64,000 nt of DNA from Raillietiella orientalis (taxonomy: Eukaryota). The stretch lies in the NCBI GenBank assembly GCA_036172245.1, contig JAYWIR010000043.1, positions 620,001-684,000 of the forward strand, in the 5' to 3' direction. The translations under genes and the position numbers were made by a program. This document shows, piece by piece, positions 50,261 through 62,423 of the stretch (its first letter is position 1; every line of letters starts with the position of its first letter). The notes under the pieces are model-generated. The model was given only the letters and a program-made list of their open reading frames with translations, searched no databases and was not told where the DNA came from.

Positions 50261-52922
50261 ACCGATGGGTTGGGCAGATCCTACAAATGTCCACAGAAAT
50301 GTTATTTTCTTTCAGGCGAGATTACATAGAGCGCAGATGTGCAAAGCAGGTCGTGGCTTGGATGCGTCAGCAGCGAAAAACAAAGTTTTCAACCCATGTG
50401 GAAAGAACTTCTGGGGAAAATCCCCAATTCTTAGGATTCACAGGTACAACCCAAATGCTCATCGATTCACGGGCTGCAGCCACTTCGCTTCCAAAATGTT
50501 TCGCCCATGCTGAGCGTGTCTCATATGAAGGAAACGAAATGTTGGCAGCATAGGGTCTCCTACACACTGTTAACCTATTGTGGTGTCCGCATCATTTGCA
50601 AAGCTAAGAGCCTACGATAGAGAAGAGTCTATTCAGCGGCATCCTTAACAGCCTGCTGCCGCTGCGCTGCCGTCAAGATGGGAGTCGCAGACGAATTTGG
50701 CGGCAGCATCGAGGAGTGCAGGAAGACGTTCCAAAGAGTGGCATCCCGTCAAGAGGTCGGTTCATGGAATTTTGGAACTGATAAGCTGCCGGGATCGGAT
50801 ACTATCCAACGGCAGTCGATCCAGCGGGAACGACTGAGATCTAAATTAGAAAGCTTCATTCATTGGGTCTCAGCAGTGTCTTCGAAGACCCCGCTTGTAT
50901 CATACTGGTTTGCATGGTTAAGGGCAGCGATAGCATCACTTCAGATCCTACATCAAGGGGCGTGGCTGCGATGTTGCTGCCCGTTTCATTTTTTAAAGAA
51001 TAATTACGGAAAATTCCTGTAGATTTTCGTCGTTTTTTTTTGTTACGAATTGTGCGCAGGATTTTTCCGAAGCTGTTGGGCAAGCAATCACGAACAGAAA
51101 ACAAATCAATGCAAGAATCTACTTCATCTTACATAGAGGCAACGAGGCGTGTTTTCAAGGATTCTAATGGTTGCGAAAGTCAGTTCACATACCCATGCAA
51201 ATTCGTTTCTTGGATGCAGGTCCTCTGCAGGTAACGAGACGAAGCCCACATTGGCAACGCTAATGCGAGAACGACCAAAGTTGCCACTGCCTTTCTCTAT
51301 GCTGAAAATTTCAAACAGCAAGGCCACTTGTGATGGAAGAGAAAGATTTCCGAGGATAATGCAGCGTAGTTGGTCGCCCCACGCAGCGTTGGCCTATTTT
51401 CTCATTCCGGAGCATTCCCAGCTGGCATTTGGAACAACTCCCGGACTACTCTAGGGCGACGTGGGTACCCCCTTCGACCCCTCCCCTTCCCATTTGCATT
51501 GGTTGGAACGATTCACCCATCGGGCTCTGGGAGACCTTAGGATCCTGTGCTTCCCTGCACGAAGATTGCAAGATCGAATCATGCAACGAGCCTCCATCCA
51601 CAATCATACCCCTTTCGATCCCTATTTGCATTTGTGGTCGCATAGTTTGCTCGCCTTTCACCGTGCCCGGGACATCAGTTTTGAAAAAAAAAAAGGAGAA
51701 AAAAGGAAAAACAGCCGTGCATTTTTTGCCCAACTACATAGACCCTTGCCCTTTGCCCAACTAAAAGAGCAGGCGAACGCGAGCACGTAAACCTGCATGG
51801 CGGAAGTTTTTTTTTTTTTTTTTTTTTTTGGCCCTCCGAAACATATGTGGCGTTACACGTCGGTAAATTTACACGGACACGCACACGGCTCTTGGCTCGA
51901 GGATTTCGACAAATGAGAGAATTGCATAGGAACACTCTTTGCAGAATGCATTCCGTGCGTGGGCGTGCTAACCCCACGTTTGCTTCCGAAGCACAACTAT
52001 CTTATTATTTCCGCAAAGGGAAACGCCCGAGTGATTGGAATCGACCCAACGCAGCGCGAGGCGAAGAGGAAGGAATCACCAGAAATCATACCTCGTCTTC
52101 CTGCGTTCACGGAAGCTGCAAGGTGAAGAGCTACAAAGTATGCACACCAGCGCCAACTTTTCATCGCGAAAAATTTCACAGTTTCCGAATCATTTCATCC
52201 CGAAGACTGAAGTCAGGGGTGACCCGAAGTTGCTGCTGCGGCCGTTCCTTTCGGATCCTTGCGAGGCCAATCGATTTGCCACCACGCAGGGCGCATGCAA
52301 GAAAACACGTGAAAGTACGCAACCTTCCCACTTTATTAGCCTCAAGATCCTCAAGACTATCACGTTGACAGCATCTCTTCAACCGTAGCCATGTGGTACT
52401 GGTGAAAATCTCCCGGAATTTCGGAAACATCTGGGAAAACAAAATGCACGATTGTGCAATGCAAGAGGATCCCATTCGTACACCGCCCGCGCGACCCCGC
52501 TTCAGGCTGGCGCGAGGGACCTTTAGCCATTAACCAAACGAAATGCTATCGTCCACTACATCATTCCATAATAAAACGTGGTTATCTGATGCAAATGGCT
52601 GACCGTCCACGGCTAAGAAGGTAATGCAGGTTTGCTGAAGGTATGAAGGGGGGCACGTTTGAAACACAGATACCGCAGGAATAACCTGGGTAACATTTAT
52701 TCCGTTCAAATAGCCGCAGTAGAAAATGAACAAAAGTCCTGATACGACTGTAAGGAAAGGACCCACGAACCCCACACACCTATTTGGGAAGGCATTTAAA
52801 ATCGAATCGTGCGCGACATGGAGGTGTTTTAACGTTTCCCATGTCAAACCCTACGACGAAACACTGAAAACAGACGATTTCTTACCGAGTCCCTGACCCA
52901 TAAAAATAGGCAATGATCACAG

Positions 52923-54873
52923 TCAAGCATCAACACCTTTAAGAGAGAACGAATGCGCTCTTTGGCTTTCAACGTCATTCAACAAACCTGCTGGCCATGG
53001 TGCAGCATGCAATGCATTCAGTTCATTTTGGCTGAATGCAAACACATGGGTCACTCCCATCTTGGGTTTAACACCGTGGAATCTCAATTTCCATAATGTG
53101 GGAGACTGTCTAAAATGTGCCGATGTAACATTTTGCAGAGTTATCACCAATACCTTTCAAGCTGTGTGATAAGTGCTGCTGTTTTGGTATCAAAGCGAAA
53201 CTGTATGAGTTGATTTGGCATACACTTCTCAGTCACTTGCTGCAGTGCACTCTTGCAAAAATCAAACAGCAAAAGATCTGACACACGTAAATATCGCTGA
53301 CATAAAGTTGCGACTTCTAATACAGCATGCAGCTGATACAAGCATAAAAGCTTTGAGTGAAGATTCTGCTGATCGCATCTCTTCTTGAGAGACTGTAATT
53401 GCTGGGTGCTCAGCAAAGGTTTTGACACTAGGATCCATTGTCAAAAGAAGAAAAAAACACATACGCACAACCTGTCAGCAATTCCACATAATCTCGAAAC
53501 AGTTTGTCGATTCCTATCTCGGCTAGCAATCGGAGAGGTAGGTTACCTTCCAAGTACTCTTGATGCAAATTAACACCATTTTGATATGCCTCAAGAAGCA
53601 GTTTGGCCAACTGGTTGCTACTTTCATGAATCTGCAGCCAAAATGAGTTACTCAAATCTTGGGCATTAAATTAATTACCCAAGGTCGATGGCGATGTTCT
53701 TGCACTTCTTTAAACAATAATTGGAAACAAGCTACCAGATCAGAATGAGAACAGCAATCTGCAAATAACATGACAATGTTTCCCAGGATCTTTCAGAAAA
53801 CCTTTGAGAATGTTCCAAAGAGAATCTGTAAGATCTAGTTTGCGATTAGCCCGAAGTTGCAATGCGTCCCCTTCTATTTCCATGTAAGGTGGAGAGACAG
53901 ACAATATTTTGTGTATTTCGGGAACTTGCGCTGAACCATGTTGAAGAGGCCACGACATTTGCTCCCCATCAATAGTGTCCAATATCATCTCCACAATGAG
54001 CAATTCCTTGTGATAACTTGCCAAGCAGCTGCTACTCAAACTTGGATTCACCCCAGCAATCTAATTTGAAATCAAAACTGTGATGAAAAACTCATACTTG
54101 CCACATGGCAGTGAGCATGCATAGGAGGAAGTTCTAACACTTTTGAACATGGCAACCAATGAAAATGAACACTTAGGAAGTCCGATTTTGTATTGGGATG
54201 GTTAAACACGTCAAAACGGGCTTCTGTCTCTACATTTGTCTGCTTGTAACTGAATAGAATAAATTTCTTTATTCCTCTTACGATTTCGGAACAACCACAT
54301 AAGTTTTTCAAATCTGCGAGGGAGGGCAATGAGCTGCATCTGTTAAGCTTCCATATGGCACCTTGAAAGATCAATGTGTTGCTGACATGAGTACCAATCA
54401 TCAATGTATGACGTGTGTCCTCTCCATCACAGATTGCCCACATTTCCCTTTTTTCACCTTTCTTACTCTTCTCCGACAATGTTATTCTAGTGCTTCATAC
54501 AAAGACTAGTTTCTGTTTTTAAGTACCTTGCAAGTGAGAGAGTGAGAGGTTGCATGGAAGAAACCATTTCAGTTTCTTCCACAGATATGAACCTATTTGG
54601 AAATGTGTGCAGCACACGATCTTCTGGATCCGGTAATGGTGACCCAGTTATATCAAGATGATCGACTTTGGAATCGGCATTTTCCCGGAATTTTTCGGAA
54701 AGGCACAAATCATCAATCAGGTAATCAACACCAGAGGTATCAACTGCATTTGTGGTAAGTTCATCTTTGGTTCGTTCTTCAGCAGACAGCAAGAGAAATC
54801 CATTATCTGGCTGGACACCAAAAATGGAAAGGAAAGGCCAATCACGAACAAACTGTTCCTTGACATTGCCCAT
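52923..54873 (-). CDS. ZWILCH: Protein zwilch homolog (RZZ kinetochore complex), multi-exon
   Basis: Exons separated by ~40-50 nt introns encode Zwilch-type motifs: MWAICDG, HW..VLELPP..A, RKLDLTDSLWNILK, DLVACFQLLF...RPW-IHESSNQLAKLL, PLRLLAEIGIDKLFRDY, LYQLHAVLE and PTLWKL. ATG at 54873, stop at 52923. Confidence 0.88.
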
Positions 54874-54922
54874 CTTATCTGAAAAAACAGTTCACCCAGA
54901 ACGCTAATCAGTCTCTGTTATT

Positions 54923-54928
54923 TTTATT
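54923..54928 (-). promoter_or_regulatory. Polyadenylation signal after BCAS2
   Basis: AATAAA on the minus strand 9 nt after the BCAS2 stop and ~40 nt before the TTTTTTCAG acceptor preceding the Zwilch ATG. Confidence 0.6.
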
Positions 54929-54937
54929 ATTCCCAGA

Positions 54938-55743
54938 TCATAGTCCCCTCTTTTGTTTGGCACACTGGATTTCATTTTCCAGTCGTAGCAAAGCCATCTC
55001 AATTTCATAATTTTTAGATACCAGTCCCACCCAATTCTGCTCTAACTGCCTCAACTGCTCTCCAGCCTCTGTTTGGATGCTCTTTCTCTCCCAGTTCAGC
55101 TCTTGGATTTTTTTTCTACCATACATTATTAATGTGGCAACAGTAAAATGCTAAATGTCCTCACTTCACTAGCTGCAATTGCTTCTGAGCACTAAGTAAC
55201 ATCTGCATAAGCACTTCATTGAACATTTTCCAACATTCACCACCATACTCTAACATGAGTTCCAAATTACATAGTCTGCAAGGAATCAGATGCTTGAATA
55301 GCAGATATTTTGCTGACCTTGTAACTTGGTGCTCCAGTTGAGCCATTGAATTTTCCACACATTCATTCCAAGCAGATACATCTGTCATTTTACCAGCAGG
55401 AGGAGGAGGCAACTCGTAGCGTTTCATGCTCAACATTTCCATAGGCTGGCGTGCTAACAGACGTTCAAATTCAGTTCGAATAATATCTGTCTAAAGAAAA
55501 CGCTTAAGCACAAATCTCTTTTGAAGTAAAAACCTCAAAGGCATGTAGTGTTAAGGGTGGCAAATGTTCTAAGTAGTTCTTGGTAGGACGGTAACGTTTT
55601 GTTTCTTCTTCCACCATAGCCAATGCCTACCATAATTTTGAAAGAAGAATTGTGAAAAGCGTACTCACCGCCTCTCGAACACCAGGTTCATCATAACCCT
55701 GGTCGATATATGGTAAGGCATCTACAAGCACGTCAGCAGTCAT
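54938..55743 (-). CDS. BCAS2: Pre-mRNA-splicing factor SPF27 (Prp19 complex)
   Basis: Five exons (55669-55743, 55534-55626, 55318-55490, 55165-55275, 54938-55115) give [44 protein letters not shown]...[15 protein letters not shown]...NSMAQLEHQ...[16 protein letters not shown]. Introns are 42-49 nt. Confidence 0.97.
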
Positions 55744-55905
55744 TGCTGAAGTAGGGAGAAAAAAACTACAGCTACTTAATGTATACATAATAGAACTTTG
55801 ACCATGATTATGGGTCTCTGGGATCTGGAGCTCACCAGAATACCCTCCCCAACATTTCTCAAGACATAATCAGTTGTTTTCTTTAGAATACATTCCAGAA
55901 AGTAG

Positions 55906-58900
55906 TTAGGCATACAAATTATTCCTCGCTTTTTCTAAAAGTTCTTTGGAAATCTTAGAGAAATCAGGATAAATGTGGAGAGTCTTCTGACAGATATCAA
56001 TAGCATCTGTATAGCGCTTTGCCTTCAGTAAGCTGTGAGCAAATCTGTACCCTGCTCTCAGAAGTGCAAACGGTAACAAATTAGTTTTAAAATACCAAGA
56101 GCTGCCCGAGGTTTCTTGTTACACCTCCAGGCTGTTTCATAATGATTCGCAGCTTCCTTATAACATTGTTCTTTCTCCTTGATATAACCCAGGTATTCAT
56201 GGGCCAAACAACTGGATTTGTTATAATGTACTATTCTCTGTAACAGGCAGTATTTCAGGAAACATACATTAATGCAATACACACCTGTAATTGATCAGAA
56301 GCAATATCATATTTGCCAGCCTGAATATAAATATCTGCCAAAAGTAGCCAACAGCATTCAAGTTCTTCCCGCTCTTGTAGTGTCCAGCGCTGCTTGGCAA
56401 CTCTCTTCAATAAGTTTTTTCCTTTTTGCAACTGGCCTAAAGTGAGGTGAGCAACAGCAGATAACCAAACAACTTCTATTTTCTCTTGTGCACTGCCACC
56501 CAACTTTGAAAGCAACTGGAGTGCTTGTTCTGCTCCAGTTTTTTGCTTAGTGGTGAGGAGTGCCAATGAAGACAAAGTAGTCACAAGTAAATTTTTTCCA
56601 TCCCAGGCTGCCAACAGTGCAAGCAATTTATTGGTCAGCATATGAGCTGCTTCTTGTTCTTCATTCTGAGAATCAAATTGCTCAGAAGTACCGAGGGTTA
56701 ACTCGAGTGCTTTTCCACCCAAAAGATGACAGTCAAGGTTGAGACAGATACGAATCATTTGAATGACTGATAACAATTTCCACTGGTCATCTTTGTAAGC
56801 AGCATTCAACAACTGAAGTGCTTGATAGGTATTTCCCTGATAACTGCAAGCCATAGCATCTTTCACTTTGCTAGCTTACAATTCACATAGAGCAGAACAA
56901 TAACTCCAGCCTGCATACTGATGAGATCGAACACACAAGGATCGTGCTCGCACCAGAAAGGGCTCAGCTTCTTCTAATCTTCCCAAGCATAACAAAGTCT
57001 TCACCAACTTCTCCAAAACTCCAAAGTGTTGAGGATTTCTAGCTGCTCAGAACTGTTCAAATTCTCAACTAGCCTTACACACCTAACACTTGTTCCTGCT
57101 GCAATACTGCCGTTTCCAGGTCTATTCTTAGAAGAGCTATTTCAGCTAGCAGATGAAAAGCACCCACATTCTCTGAATTCATCTGTAGAAGCTGCATACA
57201 GCAATCTTGACACTGATCCAAATCACCTAGTTCCAGGTACAACTCAGCTACTTGCATCATTTGTTTGCACGCTGACTGGCTACAAACTAGAGCCTCAGCA
57301 AGGCAAACATGGGCCTGAGATACATTTTTCTGAGAACGATAAATGCGAGCCATCTCACATAGCAGTCTGGAAGATAAAAAGTAGAAAGATGTAAAACAGA
57401 CTGATATCTCTCACTCTGCAATTCTCCAGTTTTCTATACCAGCACTAGAAGTAGCGTCCTCTGTGTGCTGAAGCTGTTCCCTTGTATTCAACAAGCTCCT
57501 CACGTCTTTTGCCAACTGTAAATTGTCATGAGCTTTTTTCATATCAAGCTGCTTTATATTTATCTAAAATATATCATAAAAGAAAACAAAGTTCATAGCT
57601 GTAAGAAAAACAGTGCCTGAGATTTAATATAGAAAATGTCAAGAATGGGTGAAAACACACCTGCACTGCTAGCAAATAGAGTTTCAATTTGAGAACTAGA
57701 CTAGAATTTTCTTGTCCATCATTCACTTGCCTTAATCCCTGATGAATGCTCAGTTGTGCTTGTTCCAATTGCTGCATCTTTAATTGAAGTTCTGAAAGAT
57801 GAATGCTATGTAAGAAGCAGTCAGATAAGTCTTGAACTGATTTCAACAATCTCATTACCTAATCTGCGAATCTGGACATTTTTCCCAAGCAGTTTTGTAA
57901 TGTTGAATGGCTGCAGAGAACTGGTATGTTTCCACTAAAGCATTTCCTAGACGTAAGATTAACTCGAGATTTTTAGGATCCAACAACGAAGCTTTCTCAT
58001 AAAAATCTATAGCTTTCCATGGTTCACTAACTGCCATATAAGCATCTCCCAAAAGCATGTAGTTGGTAGCTGATGGTGCATGTTGGGCAATGTCTCTATA
58101 ATGCAAATAGAGCTTTCCCAAGATTCAAGGCATATTTACTGATAACAAGCAATGAAGCCTGGTGTATCTTGAAGGTAGTCAAGATAGATTTGTGCTATCT
58201 GCTTCTGTGCTACCCAGAAAACAGGCTGGTCTTCTTTAATTAAATGCAATAGCTCCAAAGAGTGTTGAATATTCTGCTGGGCCAATTCCAATTCAGCTTT
58301 TATCAGCAGCAAACGAGGATGAGTTTGCTGGTTCTAGAGAGAACAGTGTACAACACTTCCAGGCAGTAGCTTACGTGAAGCTGCTTTTGCGCCTGATCTA
58401 TGAACAAAGTGGCTTCATCCAAATGTTTCTGCTTGAGTTTAATTTCCGCTAAGGATATCAATGCCTCCAAAAGATCTCTTCCAGTAAGTTTGTCATCCTC
58501 AATTGCCTACTGCAATAGATGCGTTCTTATTTGCTAACCAACATACATTTGATAATTCAATGGCTTTGTTTAAGAAATGGACTGCATCTCCCAACTGATT
58601 TCTTTGTTGCAGCATTTTACCATTCAAAAGATGGAAACGGGACTGGTTCTGAATCTATGAGAAGCATGTGAAGACCTGCTTCAAGTTTATAAGCAAGTAC
58701 CTTCAAATCAGAACTAAGTGCTGCTTCCAAAGACTGACTAGCCTGATCTGTGTTTTCATTTTGAAGGTAAATTTGGCACAATAAGAGATGAGCCTGTACA
58801 TGGCAAGGATCTAAAGTACATTCTAATTTTTTGCATCTACCAATAAATTTACCAATTTCCTCCAGAAGTTGCACAAGTATGGAAGTAGCTTCTTGTGTTC

Positions 58901-61900
58901 TATCTTGGAACATCATTGCTTGGGCAAGAAGATACAGTCCTCTAGGCATTTTGCTGCATACAGAAACCAAGCGTTCCAATAAGATTTGACACAAACTCAG
59001 GATACGTAATACAGATGTAATGGGTGACTATTGTGTTGTGATGATGCCACTTGTTTTTCATTTATTATTTCATCTAACCTCTTGAACCAATTTCAAGTGC
59101 TCTTCCACTAACTCTATTATAAGAGTTCCATTGATAGCAATCAGATAATCAACACTAAAAATATGTTTTCTTAGACATTCATCGTGCCGATCTACAATTT
59201 CCTGCAAAGTATCTACAGAGACCGATAACAAACCATTTATTTCCAGAAAATTAACAAACCTAGGACAATATGAAGAGGATCTTCCTGCCTAATGGCCAAT
59301 AGAGACTTCAGTGAAAGAAACTCTGGCATAATTTCCACAGTGTTATCAAGTGAAGCCAATAAATCCAGATGATGGATTGTGCTATTCCAATCCCCTTGAA
59401 GCAAAAAACAACGGGCACAACCTGTAATTTGAACAGGACAAAAGCAATGAATGTAATGAAAGCAATGAAGTTAGATCACCTAGCAGAGCAAAAATGCATG
59501 TCCCATCTACTTGAATTGCTTTTCTAAAAAATTGAATAGCTTCTGCTGGAGAATTGGATATTAATTGATGGTGAGCTAATTCACTTAGAACTACAGGATC
59601 TCTTGGAGCTATTTCAGCTGCATATTCTACGAATTGCATACTATGCTGAAGAAGTCTAGCATCCTGACTGTTCTGTGGGCCAATAAAAAATCATGTCAAA
59701 TAGCGCTTACCATTTGTCGAAGAGCACAAGCAGTTTGCAAGAAGATTTGTGCATTGTGTGGTTCTTCACTCTTTAATGCCACCAACAGATCATTTAATTC
59801 ATGATTCAAAAACTCCTCTTCGATACCACCATGATAAACATGAGCTAGTAGCTGAAGACGCTTGCTTTCAATGAAATAATTTGGCAAACACACATCCAGA
59901 CACAAAGCAACCTCCCAGTCTCTCAGTGATAAACAGACATGAATCTGTTCAAGTAAAGCAAATCCTCTTGGAAAATGATGAATGGAAAACTTCTCAGATG
60001 CTTTTTTCGCTTTGTCCAATTCCTTCTTCAAAATACATGCATGAATCTTTCCTACATGGGCCAGCAAAGAATCTGGTTGCTCCCTACAAAAATCATCAAA
60101 ATAAAAAAATAAAAAAAAATTCACGATTGACTAACTAACCTAAGGGAAATCTCAAAATGAGCAATAGCAGCATCAAAGGCCATAGGAAGGCTAAGCCATC
60201 CTAACAACCAATGGATTCCTTCGTTGTTGCCCCCCAGCTGTATACTCCTCTCCACATAATCATGAGACTTATCTTTCCGATCCATAAGCCAAAGGAACAT
60301 GGCAGCGTAGTAGTATGCCTATACCAAACAAATGAACTTCTTCCATTCAGCATGCATCCTTCATATTTATATTATTGTGACTACAAATAGCTATAATAAT
60401 ATGACTTTCTGTTGTGACCAGAAACTGTTCTGTTTCCTTGCACTTTAAACAATGTTTAGCATTAAATTGTGAGTAATTTCAAGAGTAAATTTCATTAGAA
60501 AACAGACTACAGATCAGATAAATAAACAGTGCTAAGAAAAAGTGTTTGCTAAAAATAAGATTCTGAAGACTATCAATCTCAATGAAATGTAAAAATACTC
60601 AAACATCAAAAGACATAGGATGACTTCAACTGCTTGTAAAAAACAGAAACAAAGCAAAATACTGTATCGCATAGTATTCCATTTATCTGTATGTTTTGTT
60701 CCCATTGCAGAGTATACACAAAAGCAAAAAAGCAGTACATATACACCAAACTGAAATAAAACAGCTGAAATGTTACCCTTCATATCAGTATTATAAACAA
60801 GAACTATATAGAATGAAAAATTGCTTTGAAAATAAAGACAACACTAAAATAGGAGAAAATCCAACAAAAACGTGTTTAAATTTGATCAGTTATCTCAATT
60901 CCCAGATTCAAGTATAGTTTTAACTATAAACTCAGATACCTGTGCATTTGCCTGTCGTCTCTTTTCTTTTAATTGCATTTGAAGAAAAGCAGCTACTTCT
61001 TGATTTCCAGAGTGCAATGTTTTGTGAGCAAACAGTAGTATCAAACAGGATGTTAAACCAACATTTGCATCATTCTAGAACAAAACTGCACTTTACAAAT
61101 GTTCCTCAACTGCAAAATGCTTTGAGTACAGATTACATTGTGCAACTTTTGATAATATAAAAGTATACATTAATTTAGAAAAATGTGCTCCAATCCACAG
61201 CTGTGCTCTCTATAGTATCACTAATTAACAATATTATCATTAATTTTGCAAATTCCACTGGAACAAAAGAACTTTCAAAACAGCTAGCTGATCTACATCA
61301 AAATAAATATCAGCAATTAGAGGAAAAAATTACAAAAACAATTTTTTTTCTCCATTCTCTGTAAAATTCAATTCATTGGGATAATCAGCAATTAATTATT
61401 GCAGGAGCAATAAGATAGTCTATAAACTTTACTATAATGCTTAACTTTACCATAGAATTACATTGAAAACCTGAAATTCAATTTCTGCGTATTTTGGAAT
61501 GGACTTGCTATTTGATTTGCTTCCAGCATATATATGACACAAAGTATGCATCTTTCTAATTACCTTTTGCAACTCTTTTGAAATATGAGAAAATGACTCC
61601 TAGTTTATTGTCAAGTATTTTCACCATAAATAAATCAAACTATTAATGGATAACCAAGATACATGTAAACTACAAAATCATTATCATCATTGTCCGAAAT
61701 TTCCTCAAGGCCTAAATGAAACCCACTAAATTCAGTAAGTTTGTTTTTTGACAGAAATGTGGAAAAATTATTTTCACTTATATTAGGGAGCCAGGGATTA
61801 CCATCAAAAGATCACTCTCCTTTTTCCCATCTTCTATCTTCCCTTGAAACAGCAGTGACAAGGCATACAAATTTCGGAACACGGCATTGCCTGGAAACAA

Positions 61901-62242
61901 CTTCAGTCCTTTCATAGAAGCACCTTGCATTTGGCAAAAGTATTTGTAAATGCAATAATAGCATATTTCGTGCTGAAAATGAACACACTTTTAAAACACT
62001 AATAACTTTACATCTAAATATGGCAAAACATGCATTGAAATTTGATACAGAGAAGAGTATGATATCAACAGACAGATAAGATTTGATTGAATTTCATTCA
62101 AATGTTTGCGTCATGAAGTGACCGCACGGTGCCTATACGGTAGTATTGCTTCCAAAACATATTAACACACTATGTTTACCAAAAAAACTTTCTTTGGGGC
62201 AATACTCACCACTAATTGGGTATCCGTTTGAAATTCTGCCAT
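55906..62242 (-). CDS. TTC21B: Tetratricopeptide repeat protein 21B / IFT139 (IFT-A complex), multi-exon
   Basis: Exon 62210-62242 (MAEFQTDTQLV), 61802-61972 (ICYYCIYKYF...GNAVFRNLYALSLLFQGK), 60940-61074, then AYYYAAMFLWLMDRKDK, many TPR exons (LLGDAYMAVSEPWKAIDFYEKA; CWLLLADIYIQAGKYDIA; NKSSCLAHEYLGYIKEKEQCYKEAA) and the C-terminus GYRFAHSLLKAKRYTDAIDIC...KELLEKAR, matching TTC21 termini. Confidence 0.93.
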
Positions 62243-62423
62243 TGCTAAATATTTAGAAACAGCAGTTCACATGACAAGTGCATAAATATGACACGGCTTT
62301 CATGGAAATTCATGATTAAAATATACATTTCCATTGCAGACATGGCTTTCTAAAGATGAAAACATCACAACTCCTATAAACATAACAAACGCAAAACATT
62401 TTCGAAAATCAGTTTATACTCAC

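Noticed and set aside
18650..52500. Most 60-200 aa ORFs in the supplied track
   Set aside because: They overlap in all frames, often start at non-ATG codons, and show no motifs or splice structure. This is the expected background in eukaryotic non-coding DNA.
52530..52847. 105-aa ORF downstream of Zwilch as a fourth cluster gene
   Set aside because: It has a non-ATG start and no recognisable homology, and it spans the likely Zwilch poly(A) signal (AATAAA at 52696-52701, minus strand). Probably 3' UTR.
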